From positions 3,703 to 67,702 of the forward strand of contig JAHOYU010000077.1 in assembly GCA_019038625.1 (NCBI GenBank): a DNA stretch of 64,000 bases, written 5' to 3'. Both the position numbers and the translations under genes were made by a program. Positions 16,685-28,000 of this stretch are shown piece after piece (position 1 is the stretch's first letter; each line of letters starts with the position of its first letter). The DNA comes from Candidatus Latescibacterota bacterium. Lineage in GTDB: Bacteria; Krumholzibacteriota; Krumholzibacteriia; Krumholzibacteriales; Krumholzibacteriaceae. A model generated the notes under the pieces. That model saw nothing but the letters and a program-made list of their open reading frames with translations, was not told the origin of the DNA and ran no database searches.

Positions 16685-18739
16685 CTAATTGACAGAACGA
16701 GTCCCCTGTACGCCCATGACATTCAAGGGTATTGATACTCCAGTACCTGTGCTCGGATCGAGGGTATCAAACACCGCTCCTATATAGCTCCCAGTTACGT
16801 CCGTGTGAAACGCCCGATAGGCATAGGTAGTATCCGTTGCCAAGCTATCGGTGGTTAGTACGGAGAACACGCCCTCTTCCCATGGGCCGTTGGTATCACT
16901 CGCGTCCAGAATCGTATCTGGCGTAGCGTGTCTGCCAAGTGGGAAGTATTGAAACCCACGAACTGTGATTGGGGTTGTGTTTGGCGTATACGTGAATCCG
17001 GTTGTTCCCGTAAACTGAGCGAGAACATACTTGACGGTATCTGCGTCTGTTGAGATAGTACCATCTGTTATGTCAGTTCTAACCGTGTCCGCTACATCGC
17101 TGTGTATGCGAGTGCCAGTAGTAGCCGAGAAGGCGGTTACAATATAAGCCGTGTCGATAGCAAGAGTGTCTGCTGTTATTGAAGTGTTGATGAAGAAGAC
17201 ACTATCTGTTCCAACGATAGACCATTGTACGTTGGTTGAGTCCGTGGATACGAATACCCTGGTTATCGTGTCGGCTGGAACGGCCTGCTTGTAAAAGGTA
17301 AACCCCACGCTGTCAAGAGAGCCGTCAGTCCCTACCGAGTCAACTGTTGCGCCAAGAGATAACTGAGGAGCAAGGCCGGTTACTTTGAGCGTGTCCGGGT
17401 TATTAGTTACCCCGGTAGTTACGTGTGAAAGGTTGGCAGGAGTATCATCATAATATATAACGATATGGTTATCTGTTATGCTGAACGTCAGAAGCTCGTT
17501 CGCATTTTGCGTATCACTAAACTGATCCCCCGCATCCTTTGCCATCAGCATCATTATCCGCAGGGTATCAGAATCGAGATATGACAGTAGCGTATCTTCT
17601 CCGGCAGTAGTGAAATCGAGCACCTGCCAGCCGGTTTCCTCTGACGTTGTAATCAGGGAATCAGTAAACACTACAACCCCATAAGCTCCGCCTCCGGAGC
17701 CATCGGCCCAACCTGGGAAAGAATTGTAATCATTTCTGTCAGGAACGCCAGTCCATGAACCTTCGACAAATAGCAGAGTATCGGCTTCTGTATTTGCATT
17801 AGCAGTGAGATTCATGTGCAGCTTTGCGGAATCTATGCTAACTGCGCTGGTGCTGTAGCCCGATAAATCAAAGGACATCAGGCCACGAAGAATATTCATC
17901 CGGCTGCCGTTATCATTGACGGCCTTGATTCTTAGGGTGGCGTTGGATGGATTTATAGCAAACTCAGAACCCCGGACGGAATCCCACGCCGCCTGTGTAG
18001 TGGCCCCAACCAGAAAGCCGAGTTCGGTAGTATCGCCCGCCATCATTGTATCATTGACCGAGGGGTCAACTGTAATTGGAAACACGGCCCCAGCCGTATC
18101 TACCAGCACAGTCAGGCTGTCTGCTGTGTAGTTGACGGTCAGCGGGACAGCCGAACCAGCAGCATCCCACGCCACCAATTTACCGAGTTCAGCAACTACC
18201 GCGCTTACAGCGTTCCTGACCCGACCCTTGCCCACGCCTTCATTTTCATGAGTGGACGTAAAATTAAAACCCCATGCCAAGCGATCAGGGCTGTCAGCCT
18301 CAAGATAATAATTGGCCTTCAACCCGTGAGCATGGATGTTAAACTCTATTCCGACATCAGTAGTATCGAAGGCCGGGAGAAATTCAACGAAGCCCTGTTT
18401 GCGCTCGAATCTGATCGCGCCAGTTTCGTTATAGGCAATATCAAACTTACCCGTCCGGATTACCTTGCTGAATGTGCCCGTGGTATCATCAGGCTCAAAG
18501 TTTAGATTAACCATCGTGCCGGAACTGTCACGGTGAATGGGCTGTAGGCCGATCATCGTAACGAACTTGCCGGAACCAATGCTATCAACCTCAAACGTCT
18601 TGCCGTTCAGCGTCCGTTTGCTCACCCGCTCTATTGTATTCGCTGGCTGCTGAAACTTCTCAGGCTTGTTGATCTTAAAACCCTTAGCCGACATCACTGA
18701 GGGCAATAGCATTAACAGCAATACAAGTGCGAATCTCAT
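16685..18739 (-). CDS. large protein (about 684 aa from Met16), beta-rich and Thr/Ser/Asp-rich, with a predicted N-terminal signal peptide
   Basis: AAGGAGGG RBS 7 nt before ATG. MRFALVLLLMLLPSVMSAKG signal peptide. The ORF track extends to a TTG at 18784. Confidence 0.55.
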   Translation of the reverse strand: MRFALVLLLMLLPSVMSAKGFKINKPEKFQQPANTIERVSKRTLNGKTFEVDSIGSGKFVTMIGLQPIHRDSSGTMVNLNFEPDDTTGTFSKVIRTGKFDIAYNETGAIRFERKQGFVEFLPAFDTTDVGIEFNIHAHGLKANYYLEADSPDRLAWGFNFTSTHENEGVGKGRVRNAVSAVVAELGKLVAWDAAGSAVPLTVNYTADSLTVLVDTAGAVFPITVDPSVNDTMMAGDTTELGFLVGATTQAAWDSVRGSEFAINPSNATLRIKAVNDNGSRMNILRGLMSFDLSGYSTSAVSIDSAKLHMNLTANANTEADTLLFVEGSWTGVPDRNDYNSFPGWADGSGGGAYGVVVFTDSLITTSEETGWQVLDFTTAGEDTLLSYLDSDTLRIMMLMAKDAGDQFSDTQNANELLTFSITDNHIVIYYDDTPANLSHVTTGVTNNPDTLKVTGLAPQLSLGATVDSVGTDGSLDSVGFTFYKQAVPADTITRVFVSTDSTNVQWSIVGTDSVFFINTSITADTLAIDTAYIVTAFSATTGTRIHSDVADTVRTDITDGTISTDADTVKYVLAQFTGTTGFTYTPNTTPITVRGFQYFPLGRHATPDTILDASDTNGPWEEGVFSVLTTDSLATDTTYAYRAFHTDVTGSYIGAVFDTLDPSTGTGVSIPLNVMGVQGTRSVN

Positions 18740-18752
18740 AATCATACCCTCC

Positions 18753-19631
18753 TTATTTGGATGCCCAGGGAAAGTTAACATCAAACATAATCATATCAGG
18801 ATGAATCACCCAACCAACAATTTGAGAAGCATGTCCGGCAGTAGTGTCTGCCGGGGCTTCTGTCAATCCTCCCGCCGTAGTGCTGACATATAAATAAGCG
18901 CCTATTTTAGTCCAGTTCCAAGTTGTATTATGAGCCACGCCGCGTGTCATTATGGTGCCAGAAGAGCCGTTACTTATGTTGGCCGTCGCCATGCCCATGC
19001 CGCGCTTGGCGTAAAACGATCCCGCACCGCTGCTCGTATCGGCATCCGCAAGTTTCCAAGTGCTGTCCGGGGCATAATAAAGAAGCTCGAAGGCACTGAT
19101 GGACTCTCCGGCCTTAGTCCACGAAGAAGGAGTATAGCCCTCCTTCATGTCCACATCGCCATCAGCTATGGTAAGATCGAAGAAGGGACTAACACTTATC
19201 CCGTCCACACGCAGTAGATCAGTAACCACGCTGTCAGCATTGGCAGCTAACGTACTATCACGGTTGAACGCATCATGTGCCGTTGCCGTGTCGCTTGCAA
19301 TTTCGGCAACAAGAATAGTGTCCGCACCGGAGATAATCGTGTCGCCGGAAATAGACATCGTGGTAAAGATGATCTGCCCATCTGCTCCGTAGGCAAATAC
19401 CAGTGTGCTATCAGCGCTCGCCGGTCTTGCCGCTGGCAGGTACATGGCGGAGTCAAGGTCTGCCGCCCACGACAGGGAGGTCGTAACCAGATCGGTATTC
19501 TTCCAGCCGACTCGACTGGTCTCCGTGATCTGTGCTGAGAGTGGAATAGCAAGGAGGCTGAGACCAATCAGCGCCCCCACGATACTTCTTATAAGCGCTC
19601 GTGTTCTCATGTTATTCTCCTCGGATTTCAT
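18753..19631 (-). CDS. protein (292 aa) with a predicted N-terminal signal peptide, paralog A
   Basis: Signal peptide ...RALIRSIVGALIGLSLLAIPLSAQ. Shares W(A/W)(A/E)DLDS(A/T)MYLP.ARP..ADS....YGA.GQI with 19612-20241. Confidence 0.55.
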   Translation of the reverse strand: MKSEENNMRTRALIRSIVGALIGLSLLAIPLSAQITETSRVGWKNTDLVTTSLSWAADLDSAMYLPAARPASADSTLVFAYGADGQIIFTTMSISGDTIISGADTILVAEIASDTATAHDAFNRDSTLAANADSVVTDLLRVDGISVSPFFDLTIADGDVDMKEGYTPSSWTKAGESISAFELLYYAPDSTWKLADADTSSGAGSFYAKRGMGMATANISNGSSGTIMTRGVAHNTTWNWTKIGAYLYVSTTAGGLTEAPADTTAGHASQIVGWVIHPDMIMFDVNFPWASK

Positions 19632-20241
19632 AGCTTACCCTGGTATCCCAGTAAACCGTCTTAAGATTAGCTCCGGTTATTTGCACGTCCACCGTCTGGC
19701 TATCAGTATTAGCCACTATATCGAAGTCGAAAGCTGCTCCGTCGCTATAATGGCTACTCAGTACAATCGAACTGCCCAGAATCGTCACGTCCCCGGCGGT
19801 GTCTCGGTAGAATGCGGCCTCTACTCGGTAGCTGGCTGCTTCGTCAGTCGCTGCGCGGGCTGTAGTCATCGCCAAGACAGAGATCGTCTGCTGTGCGGCC
19901 AACGGAATAGCCACGGCCACTTCCATCGTACTGGTCGTGGTGGTATCGGTAGCAATGGAAACGCTCTCGTAGTACCCTGCTCCGCCGCCACTTCCATAAG
20001 TCCAGACTATCTGCCCGCCAGCCCCATAGGTCAGTACCCATGAACTGTCGGCATCGTCCGGTCTGGCGGGCGGTAGGTACATCGTTGAATCCAAGTCCTC
20101 TGCCCACCACAGGCCAAGGGCGGTTGCATATCCATTGCTAAACCCCGGTCTCGTTCCCGTTACCTGCGCACTCGCCATTTGCGGCACCAGCAGCAGAAGA
20201 GATAGCATGATGGTAAGTCTTGTAATCCATTTTCTGTTCAT
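19612..20241 (-). CDS. protein (209 aa) with a predicted N-terminal signal peptide, paralog B
   Basis: Signal peptide MNRKWITRLTIMLSLLLLVPQMASAQ. Paralogous core with 18753-19631. Confidence 0.55.
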   Translation of the reverse strand: MNRKWITRLTIMLSLLLLVPQMASAQVTGTRPGFSNGYATALGLWWAEDLDSTMYLPPARPDDADSSWVLTYGAGGQIVWTYGSGGGAGYYESVSIATDTTTTSTMEVAVAIPLAAQQTISVLAMTTARAATDEAASYRVEAAFYRDTAGDVTILGSSIVLSSHYSDGAAFDFDIVANTDSQTVDVQITGANLKTVYWDTRVSYEIRGE

Positions 20242-20254
20242 TTGCTTATTCCTC

Positions 20255-20656
20255 TTAGCTGGCTAAGGTTCGGTAGACAAGTCGGCAAGACCACTTGACG
20301 GTTTCTCCATCCGCGCCGGTTACCGTCACCACAATGGAATTCCCGCTGGCATCCAGGGAGGCCGCGTAGGAGGCTTCGGCACTCATGTGCGAATCGAGAG
20401 AAGCATCATACCCCTCTCGCGCAAGGCTGCTCACCCGCTTGAAGGTGGCCGATAGCTTATAGACCGCTATCTTTGCCCCGGAAACGCCCCAAGCCATGCA
20501 AATAGCCTCGCAGTCAACCACCTGACCGGCAGCGACAGGCAGCGTCAGCACGGTTGTCTCGGTAGCATCAGAGGTAACAGCAGACCCCTCTATGCTGCTC
20601 GAATGCTTTGAGGCGTTGCTGCTGTTGTAAATATTACCCCATAGTCGATTGCCCAT
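20255..20656 (-). CDS. hypothetical protein (133 aa) downstream of the tail fiber
   Basis: ORF with RBS. No signal peptide. Confidence 0.45.
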   Translation of the reverse strand: MGNRLWGNIYNSSNASKHSSSIEGSAVTSDATETTVLTLPVAAGQVVDCEAICMAWGVSGAKIAVYKLSATFKRVSSLAREGYDASLDSHMSAEASYAASLDASGNSIVVTVTGADGETVKWSCRLVYRTLAS

Positions 20657-20668
20657 GATGGTCTCCGT

Positions 20669-21898
20669 TTATGCGTTTACTCCGCGATTATCCAACCAAC
20701 CCAATGTGCAAACGTCAACAGCATAAGCATCCTGGGATGGTCGTATTCTGATTTGTCCGCTGCTGTTAACCCTGACTTCTATCTGCCCGGTACTGAACCG
20801 GACACCTGTATTCAACGGCACCGCAAGCTGTGGAAACGGCGCGGTCGTGTACTCGTTGGGCGCTTCATCGTCAATGCTAAGAGAACTGAAATAAACACTT
20901 CCGGCCACCGCATTTGTACCGGCGGTCGCCGTGATTATCGCGGAAACGCTGGAATCTGGTGGAACCGTAAGCGCCTGGGTAGTAGCAGGAGAGGCATCAA
21001 TGTTACCATCACCAGCAGCATTCCTGTCCTCAACGGTTTCCTTCCACAGAAAAGTATCAGCATCCTGGCTAAAATCCTTGATCTGTGAACTGGAATCGGT
21101 TTTAATCCAGCCGATTCTACGGAAAGTGGTATATCCGGTTGGCAGTGTGGGGCTTGACGCGCTGGTGCTGATCATAATGTCAGTGGTATCGCTCTCAGGG
21201 TTATAGATCAGATGCACGGCGTACCACGTATTTACAATGATGGAAAGGCCTGATTGCAGGCTCCCGTTGCCGGTACCCACTACCCACCCGCTTAAGGTCT
21301 TTGTATAATTTGAGGCCAATGTCGGTGAGGTGCTATCCGTGCTGTCCCGGCATTTACCGGCTGACACCCCGAAGGTAGTAACAGCCGAGTAAGAAAGGGT
21401 TAGCCCGCTGAGATGTTCGGGCGGCACGCTGGCCGCAGAACCGCCAATGTTGGTAAGATTGGACCCGTCAAGTACGGGCAACTTGGCATCGTCATCGAGT
21501 AGCAGGACTTCACCGCCATCCGTGCCAGCATCCTTGGTGGCGGCTGTACCGAGGCCGAGAGATGAGCGCATTGCGGTAGCGCTTGCCTGTGCAAGCAGGT
21601 CGCGTGCATCGTCTGTGATCTGGAGGGCGAGAACGTAATCGATGGTGTCAATGAGATTATCGTCACTATCGTAAAGCTCAATCTTGTAAAGACCTTCACC
21701 AAATATAGCAGCCATCCCATAGCTGTTGAGAATAACCGGATTGGCGTTGGCGCTTGACATGCCACCGTCTTGCCATGTGACCTTGGGGGTGCTTGTTCCA
21801 GCTTCGTAGGTTCTTACCTTGCCACCGGAAAGAGGCGCTCCTGAGCTATCGAATGCCTGAAACCAGGGGTTATTCAGGGGAGGTGCGTAATCAGCCAT
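20669..21898 (-). CDS. tail fiber protein
   Basis: The N-terminal region ...DDARDLLAQASATAMRSSLGLGTAATKDAGTDGGEVLLLDDDAKLPVLDGSNLTNIG matches the conserved tail-fiber N-terminal (collar-attachment) motif common to many phages. The C-terminus is beta-rich. Confidence 0.6.
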   Translation of the reverse strand: MADYAPPLNNPWFQAFDSSGAPLSGGKVRTYEAGTSTPKVTWQDGGMSSANANPVILNSYGMAAIFGEGLYKIELYDSDDNLIDTIDYVLALQITDDARDLLAQASATAMRSSLGLGTAATKDAGTDGGEVLLLDDDAKLPVLDGSNLTNIGGSAASVPPEHLSGLTLSYSAVTTFGVSAGKCRDSTDSTSPTLASNYTKTLSGWVVGTGNGSLQSGLSIIVNTWYAVHLIYNPESDTTDIMISTSASSPTLPTGYTTFRRIGWIKTDSSSQIKDFSQDADTFLWKETVEDRNAAGDGNIDASPATTQALTVPPDSSVSAIITATAGTNAVAGSVYFSSLSIDDEAPNEYTTAPFPQLAVPLNTGVRFSTGQIEVRVNSSGQIRIRPSQDAYAVDVCTLGWLDNRGVNA

Positions 21899-21937
21899 TT
21901 TTTCAAGCGCTCCTGCAGTCGCTATCTCCCTATGCGC

Positions 21938-21983
21938 CCAATATCGCGCAGGGATTTTCTCAACTGCTTGCCAGGGTTAGGCA
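21938..21983. repeat. 46-bp direct repeat, copy 1 (intergenic, between the giant gene and the tail fiber gene)
   Basis: aatgcgcccaatatcgcgcagggattttctcaactgcttgccagg is repeated exactly at 22087-22132, where it encodes the last 15 residues of the giant protein. Confidence 0.7.
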
Positions 21984-22085
21984 TTTTGGGAACCAACGGT
22001 TGCCCGCCCTTTGGCGTGCGCTTGATTACTGCCTTATATATAACAGCTTTTGGTAGAGATTCCAAATACCAGTTCAACCAATCAT

Positions 22086-25000
22086 CTATTTCTTAATGCG
22101 CCCAATATCGCGCAGGGATTTTCTCAACTGCTTGCCAGGATCAGGAGGCTTTGGGAAAACAGGAGATTCCCGAACCGGAACCGCCTTAAGTTCGGGATTG
22201 ATTTTCCTCTGCTCCTTGATGAACCGACTCTTAACGGACTTCGCAGTTTTCTTCTCCATTGACCCATCCGCGACAGCCCTATCCACTGCACTCTTGAAAC
22301 GCTCCCGCTCTCCTGCGGTAAACACGGTGGTCGCCGCATCGTCCAACATACCGTAGACAGTTTGCTTACTCTTACCAGGATAAGGTTTACGGTAAAAACG
22401 GCGCATCACGGGTATAAACCGCGTTTCTATCTTTTCATCAGTTGCCAGTGAGATGCCGGTAGCCACCGAATTGCTGACAAACTTCCCAATTCCACCGCCC
22501 AGGAAGTTGATCGTGTGGTCAATATACTCAGGGCTGACATCCGCCGCACCGAAAGGCTTACGCTGCGTAGCGGTCTTCTCTGCCAACCAGCGAGTGAATT
22601 CCCTTGTGGATGGGCGCACGCCCTTGAAATATAACTGGTGCCGTGGCTTTTTAGGCCCATAGGCCGGTTGATCTGGTGCCACAGGGCCACCGAAAAATGT
22701 TTTATTTGTAGCCAACTGCACCGGCAGATCAAGGGCAGTCGGTGAAATGATCTGTGTCAACGGGCCACCGCCAACAGGACTTGCAGCATCGGCCACCGCG
22801 CCCACCATCCTGGCCGCGAGTTTAACTGGATCAGGGTTATTGCCTAATGCCATTTCTGCCGCCAGTCCACCGAGCGCCCAATAGACGTTAAGCCCGTAAG
22901 GCAACGGTACGCTCAATGTTCTGCCGCCGCCAAGATGCCAAGTAGCGTTCTGATCCTTTTGGAAGTCGGCCACTTCCTCCCAATCGTCAGGATCGATCAT
23001 GCGATTCTTTAACTCGTTGAGAAATGCGGTGGCTATGATAAGGCCGATCAGCGCCTGTGCCCTTACCTGTCCTGCCGTCTTAGGCTTACCGGGGATGCCG
23101 ATTGTTCTCAAATTACGGGCTATGCCCTGAATCGTAGCATTTGAGAACAGGTACAGACTGTTCAATATCCTACCGATTTCACCTTTTTTATTAAAGTTGA
23201 CGGTCACGTTTTTAGCATAACTCGCGGCCACTTCCTTTGTCGCGCCAGCACCCTTAAGGTGATGGTATACCGACAGGCGGATACCGCTCTCCACCATCTC
23301 ATTGTAATCCTGTATTAATTGCCCAAGGACTTTTATCGGTGCGACTATCCGACCTTTACCCGTGTAAGAGCGCACCTTGCGCTCAAGCTGTTTTATCCTC
23401 TGCTCCAACGGCTTGTTGTCAAACCAACCTACCTTACCGCCAGTAGCCTTCAAGTCCTCATACTCAGCAGCCCAACCTTTATCCGCATCACTTCTGATGT
23501 TACCGCGCACACCGTTGATAGCCGCAGGTAGTGAGGCAAGTGTCTTAGTCGCCAGCTTAAATCCATGATCGGAAGTGATATGGAATGTGGCCGTGGGGGT
23601 ATCCCTGATGAAGTTGAAGATCGGGAATACGGGCGAAAACGTTGTTATTACCCCGCGCTGTATGGTGTTAAACAGTTCAAGCGCACCGCCGATTATGGGC
23701 ACGGTACTCTCTGTACCTAAGCTTTTCATTGCACGGGCGAGAACCACATCCCTGATAGTCACCTCTATGGTCTTGCCCTCTTCCTTGACGGCAAATATCT
23801 CATGCGCATAATCACTCGCCGGATCACGAAACGCAATCTCTCCCTCTTCGTTTATTGTCGAAGGGTTAAAGACCTCCTTGGCATCCCAAAGCGGATGAGG
23901 ATTGTTGCGCACGAACTCAAGGAACGTACTGGCTACCTTGTTCTTTTCCTCGCGCATTACCGCCTGCTCGTAGTCTACGATGGCCTGCACGAATGGATTG
24001 TCCGCAATCGACCAGCGCCCATGTGCCCGCTTAATGGACTTCCCGCTTACCGAGAATCCCTTACCGATACCACGATAGGCTTTCTTACCCGCCTTACCCT
24101 TGAGCGGTACGTAATAATTGTACTGGTCCTTATACTTCTGGTAAGCTTCTTCTGTGATCTCACCATAGTCACGGTAACGTTCGAGCGTCACGTTGATAAT
24201 CTTCTTACGGAACTCATCGGCAAACTCTTCTATGCCCGTACCCTCGTAACGATCCAGAACAACAGCAGCCTGGTTTAATGATATACCGGCCCCGAAAGTA
24301 TCATCCCGATCCTCAAGCCTCGCACTCAGCTTCGCAAGTTCCTTTTCAGCCACCTCTGGCGTGATAACCCCAGCCTCAAGCTGTGCGTTAAGATCGTCAA
24401 TCATCTCTCCGTACTTAGCCTGACGGCGTTCGGCGGTGTGCTTCGCGTACATGAACCCACCGAGTTTGCCCACACTATATCCAGCTTGAGCCAAGCGCAC
24501 CATGAACGACTTCCTGCCCTTGGTCAGAAAATCCTCAAGTTTATCAAGCTCGTGCGACACTCTGCCGGGGAACAACTCTGCGGCCAGCCGCGTATCCTCT
24601 GTCTGCGGAACCACATCATAAGCTTTCTGGATTGTCTCTATTCTGTTCAGCTTATCGACTACCACGCGCACAAACTTCTCCCTGTTTGTCTCATCATCAA
24701 TCTGAGGAATGGTGCGCTCAAGATCAGCAGAGACATCGGTGCGGGCGAAGCGCAACCCCTGCTCTGCGGCCACCATCTGCCGCTCAAGCTCTGCGATCTT
24801 CTGCAAGTAACGCATCTGTATGTTTTCCGTGCTCACCCCGTTGCGCATCGGCGGTAGGTTAGCCAACAACTCTGATACCTGCTGTATCTCCTTCTCTATG
24901 GCAACAGGGTCAAGGGTACGGGCGAACAAAGGCTGACCAGCCTCTCTCTCCGCTCTCTTGCGCCCCATACTCGCCCTCAGAGCATCATCGAGCAACACCC

Positions 25001-28000
25001 TTAGTTCGGCTTCACTGAACGCAAATCGCACACCTATGGCCTTCAGGGTGCGCCGTATGAAGGCCATCAGCCTGTCCAACAGACTCGGTGCTACCGTTCC
25101 ATCCTCTATCTGTCCGGCAAGCATTTCCTCGGCAGCTTTTTCAAGGGGAATGTTCCACCTGTCGGCTATGCCCTGGATTTCATCTTTGTACTTCTTATGC
25201 TCGATCAACTCCTTGCGGTAGAACTCATCGATACCACTACCGAGTACCCGGCGTAGCCCGTAGTGCGCTACAACCTCATGCAATACAGTGCTAACCGCTT
25301 TCTTGCGTTGCCGCAGGCTATCGGCTATCAGATACATTTCTTCGGTAGTCGGATCGAAGAAGCCACGGATTACGCCGCCCTTTTCCATCTCAGCCTTCAC
25401 CGCATCCTGGTACTGCGCTGGCAGGTCTTCAACGGACTGCACGGTATTCACCGGCACGTCAATCTTGGCGGCCAGTGGCTTAACCGCATCCTCGATGAAC
25501 TTGACGGACTTAGGTTTTGCGGCAGGCTTGCCTTCCCGTGTTGCAAAGCGGAGCTTGCCTTCTGGCGGTTTCTCGGTGGGTTTTACTTCCTCAGCAGCGG
25601 GCTTTTTCTTTAGACGCGCCTCTCTGCTATCAATCAAATATTTAGCATCGGAGAAGGCTCGTGCGTGCATCTTAGCACCATCCTTTTCCAATCTAAAGGC
25701 ATACTTTTCCCCAAGCGGAGACATAGGATTAATTTTAACAACTCTATACCCGTGTTTTTTTGCATACTCTCGAACTTCTTTAATTTCTGACCTGCGCACA
25801 GCATAGCCATCAAATGTCTTGACGGCCTCATAATCTTCACCGAGAGACTTGGCTTTGCGCTGTGCTGCTCCCTGAGACTTAAATGGACGACCAGTGCTGG
25901 TGAATATTAGTTCTGGTTCAATCTTTACTTCCTCGCGCTGCTCAGGCGCGTCCTCAACGGGCGGAGCGGATTTCTCAAGCTCGGTCAGCTTGCGCTTGTC
26001 CTTCTCAACCTGTCGGGCAACAGCGGCCAGCGCATCCTTGCTCATCTTTTTACCGATAACATTCTTACCAGACTCAAGAATCATCTCGCCTTCGCGGATG
26101 TCGTTCTTCTTTGCCTGGATTGCGGCTGCATCAAGAACTGGCTTCACTTCCTCTTTCATTCCCGCAGCTTCGGTTACAGGCGCGGCGGGTTCGGGTTTGG
26201 CTGGGGGTGTGCTGGCATCAACAATAACAGCCGGAAATGATTTTACCCCAAGCATTGCAAGGGCATCAAATCGATGACCACCCTCAAGGATATATGGCCC
26301 CTTGTCTTCTATGGCTACAATAAGTGGATTGATTTCTTTATTGCTCTTAATTTCATCCGCAAGTTTACGGATGCGTTCATTCTCAGTAGCACTATGGGAG
26401 GGTTTGTTTACGTCTTCTGCCACTGTGAAGGCATCCATAGAAACATCCCTAACGCCCGGTAATATTTCATATTCACCTTCGTCATAGGTTGATTCTATCG
26501 AACCCATGTTAGGTACGGCTTTGCGGACAGTGTAACCGTACAGCTTATCTTTGGTCGTTGGGGCCGCCCTAACGCTTTCAATGTTCGCCTCTACCGCCTC
26601 AGCCTTTTCCTCGCCCTTTTCTTCCGCAACGACTTCAGGCTCCGGTGCGACCTCAGCTTGTGCTTCTTCTTCTTTTTCTTCCGCTTTTTCCTCGAAAACT
26701 TCACGTGCATGCTCTCTCGCGTACACATCAACTGGCTTGTCGCTCTTATATAGTTCATCTACGGCCTCCACTGTACCAAGTTTGGAAACCTTATCCTCGA
26801 TAAACTTGCGTGTATCATCGGTTATCTCTGCCTCTGCCTCAACCGCCTTCGCCAGCTTCTTTTCAATCTCTGTTGCTGGTTCTTTTTCCTCAGCCTTGCG
26901 CTTTTCCTCAGCGGCGAGGGCTGAAACTTCCTCTTTCGCTGGCTCTTCTGGCTTCTCTGCGGCTTTTTCCTCTTCCGCCACCTCTTTGACCGGCTCTTCA
27001 GCGATCACCTCTTCAGCGGCCTCTGCGGGCTTTTCGGTGGTAACTTCTTCGCCAAACATTTTATTCAGATCAGATTCAAGTTCGTCGGCTGTTTCAGCGG
27101 GCTTTTTCGCAGTGGGCTCTTCTTTGGGCTTTTCGACCTCTTTTTTAACCTTAACTTCTTTCTCTGTAACGGGTTTAGTGGGGGGCTCTTCAGCCACCGC
27201 AAGTTCTTCATCCTCTATCAGTGCTTCAGCCTCCTCCGCGCTTACCTCGGCCTCTACCTCTGGCCCCAATTCTTTCGTGAACGGCTGTTTGGCCTTGTCG
27301 CCCTCGACTGTCTTTTCTGCCTCAAGTTTCTCTTTTACGGCAGCTTGCATATCATCTCTTATCTTGCGCTCACGAATTAGTTGCTCTTCCTGCTCAAGAC
27401 CCAAATCGCCTTTCCCCTGCTCTTCCTCCAAGGCTTTTACGCGGTTCTCCTGTGCTTTCTGGATATAACCCGATACGGCACTTCCACCACCACCCATAAT
27501 CATCGCAGGGCCAATAACAGCAAGCCCGTCCTTCATCTTCTGGCGATACTCGGCACCCTCCATGCCTAAGATTTCAGCCTCAAGCGGTTCTTCGGCGTAT
27601 TCTGTTGCCCCCTCGGTTAATGCCGCCACGGTAGCCATAACAAGCTTCTTGCCCTTATACTTGGAAAATATGGCAGTAAAGCCTATTTGGTTGAGAACCG
27701 CGCTACCCACGGTCATCAACATCATATCCTTGAACGCTTCATCCGGCTCATTCCCGCGCTCACGCGATTCACCATAGGTATTTGCCCCCTCCATCATGCC
27801 CGCAGAAATACCACCAATAGCAGTCGCGGCGAGTTTCCCGAATCTTAGCGCAGCCGCGCCAGGAAGCATCGCGGCGAGAAACGATGGAGCCATATTACCA
27901 ACTCCATACAAGGTAAATCGAGGGTCAAGGATGATCTCAGGGTTATCCCAAAGGTTCTTGCCCTGTAATTCTTTCGCCATTGGGTGTTCTTCGGCCTTCT

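Noticed and set aside
25894-27468. Plus-strand ORFs (127-305 aa) rich in Ser, Ala and Thr, antisense to the giant gene
   Set aside because: They are antisense shadows of the E/K/A-rich low-complexity coding region and lack RBSs. Similar long antisense ORFs elsewhere in the structural block (for example 39375-39908 and 40756-41457) were rejected for the same reason.
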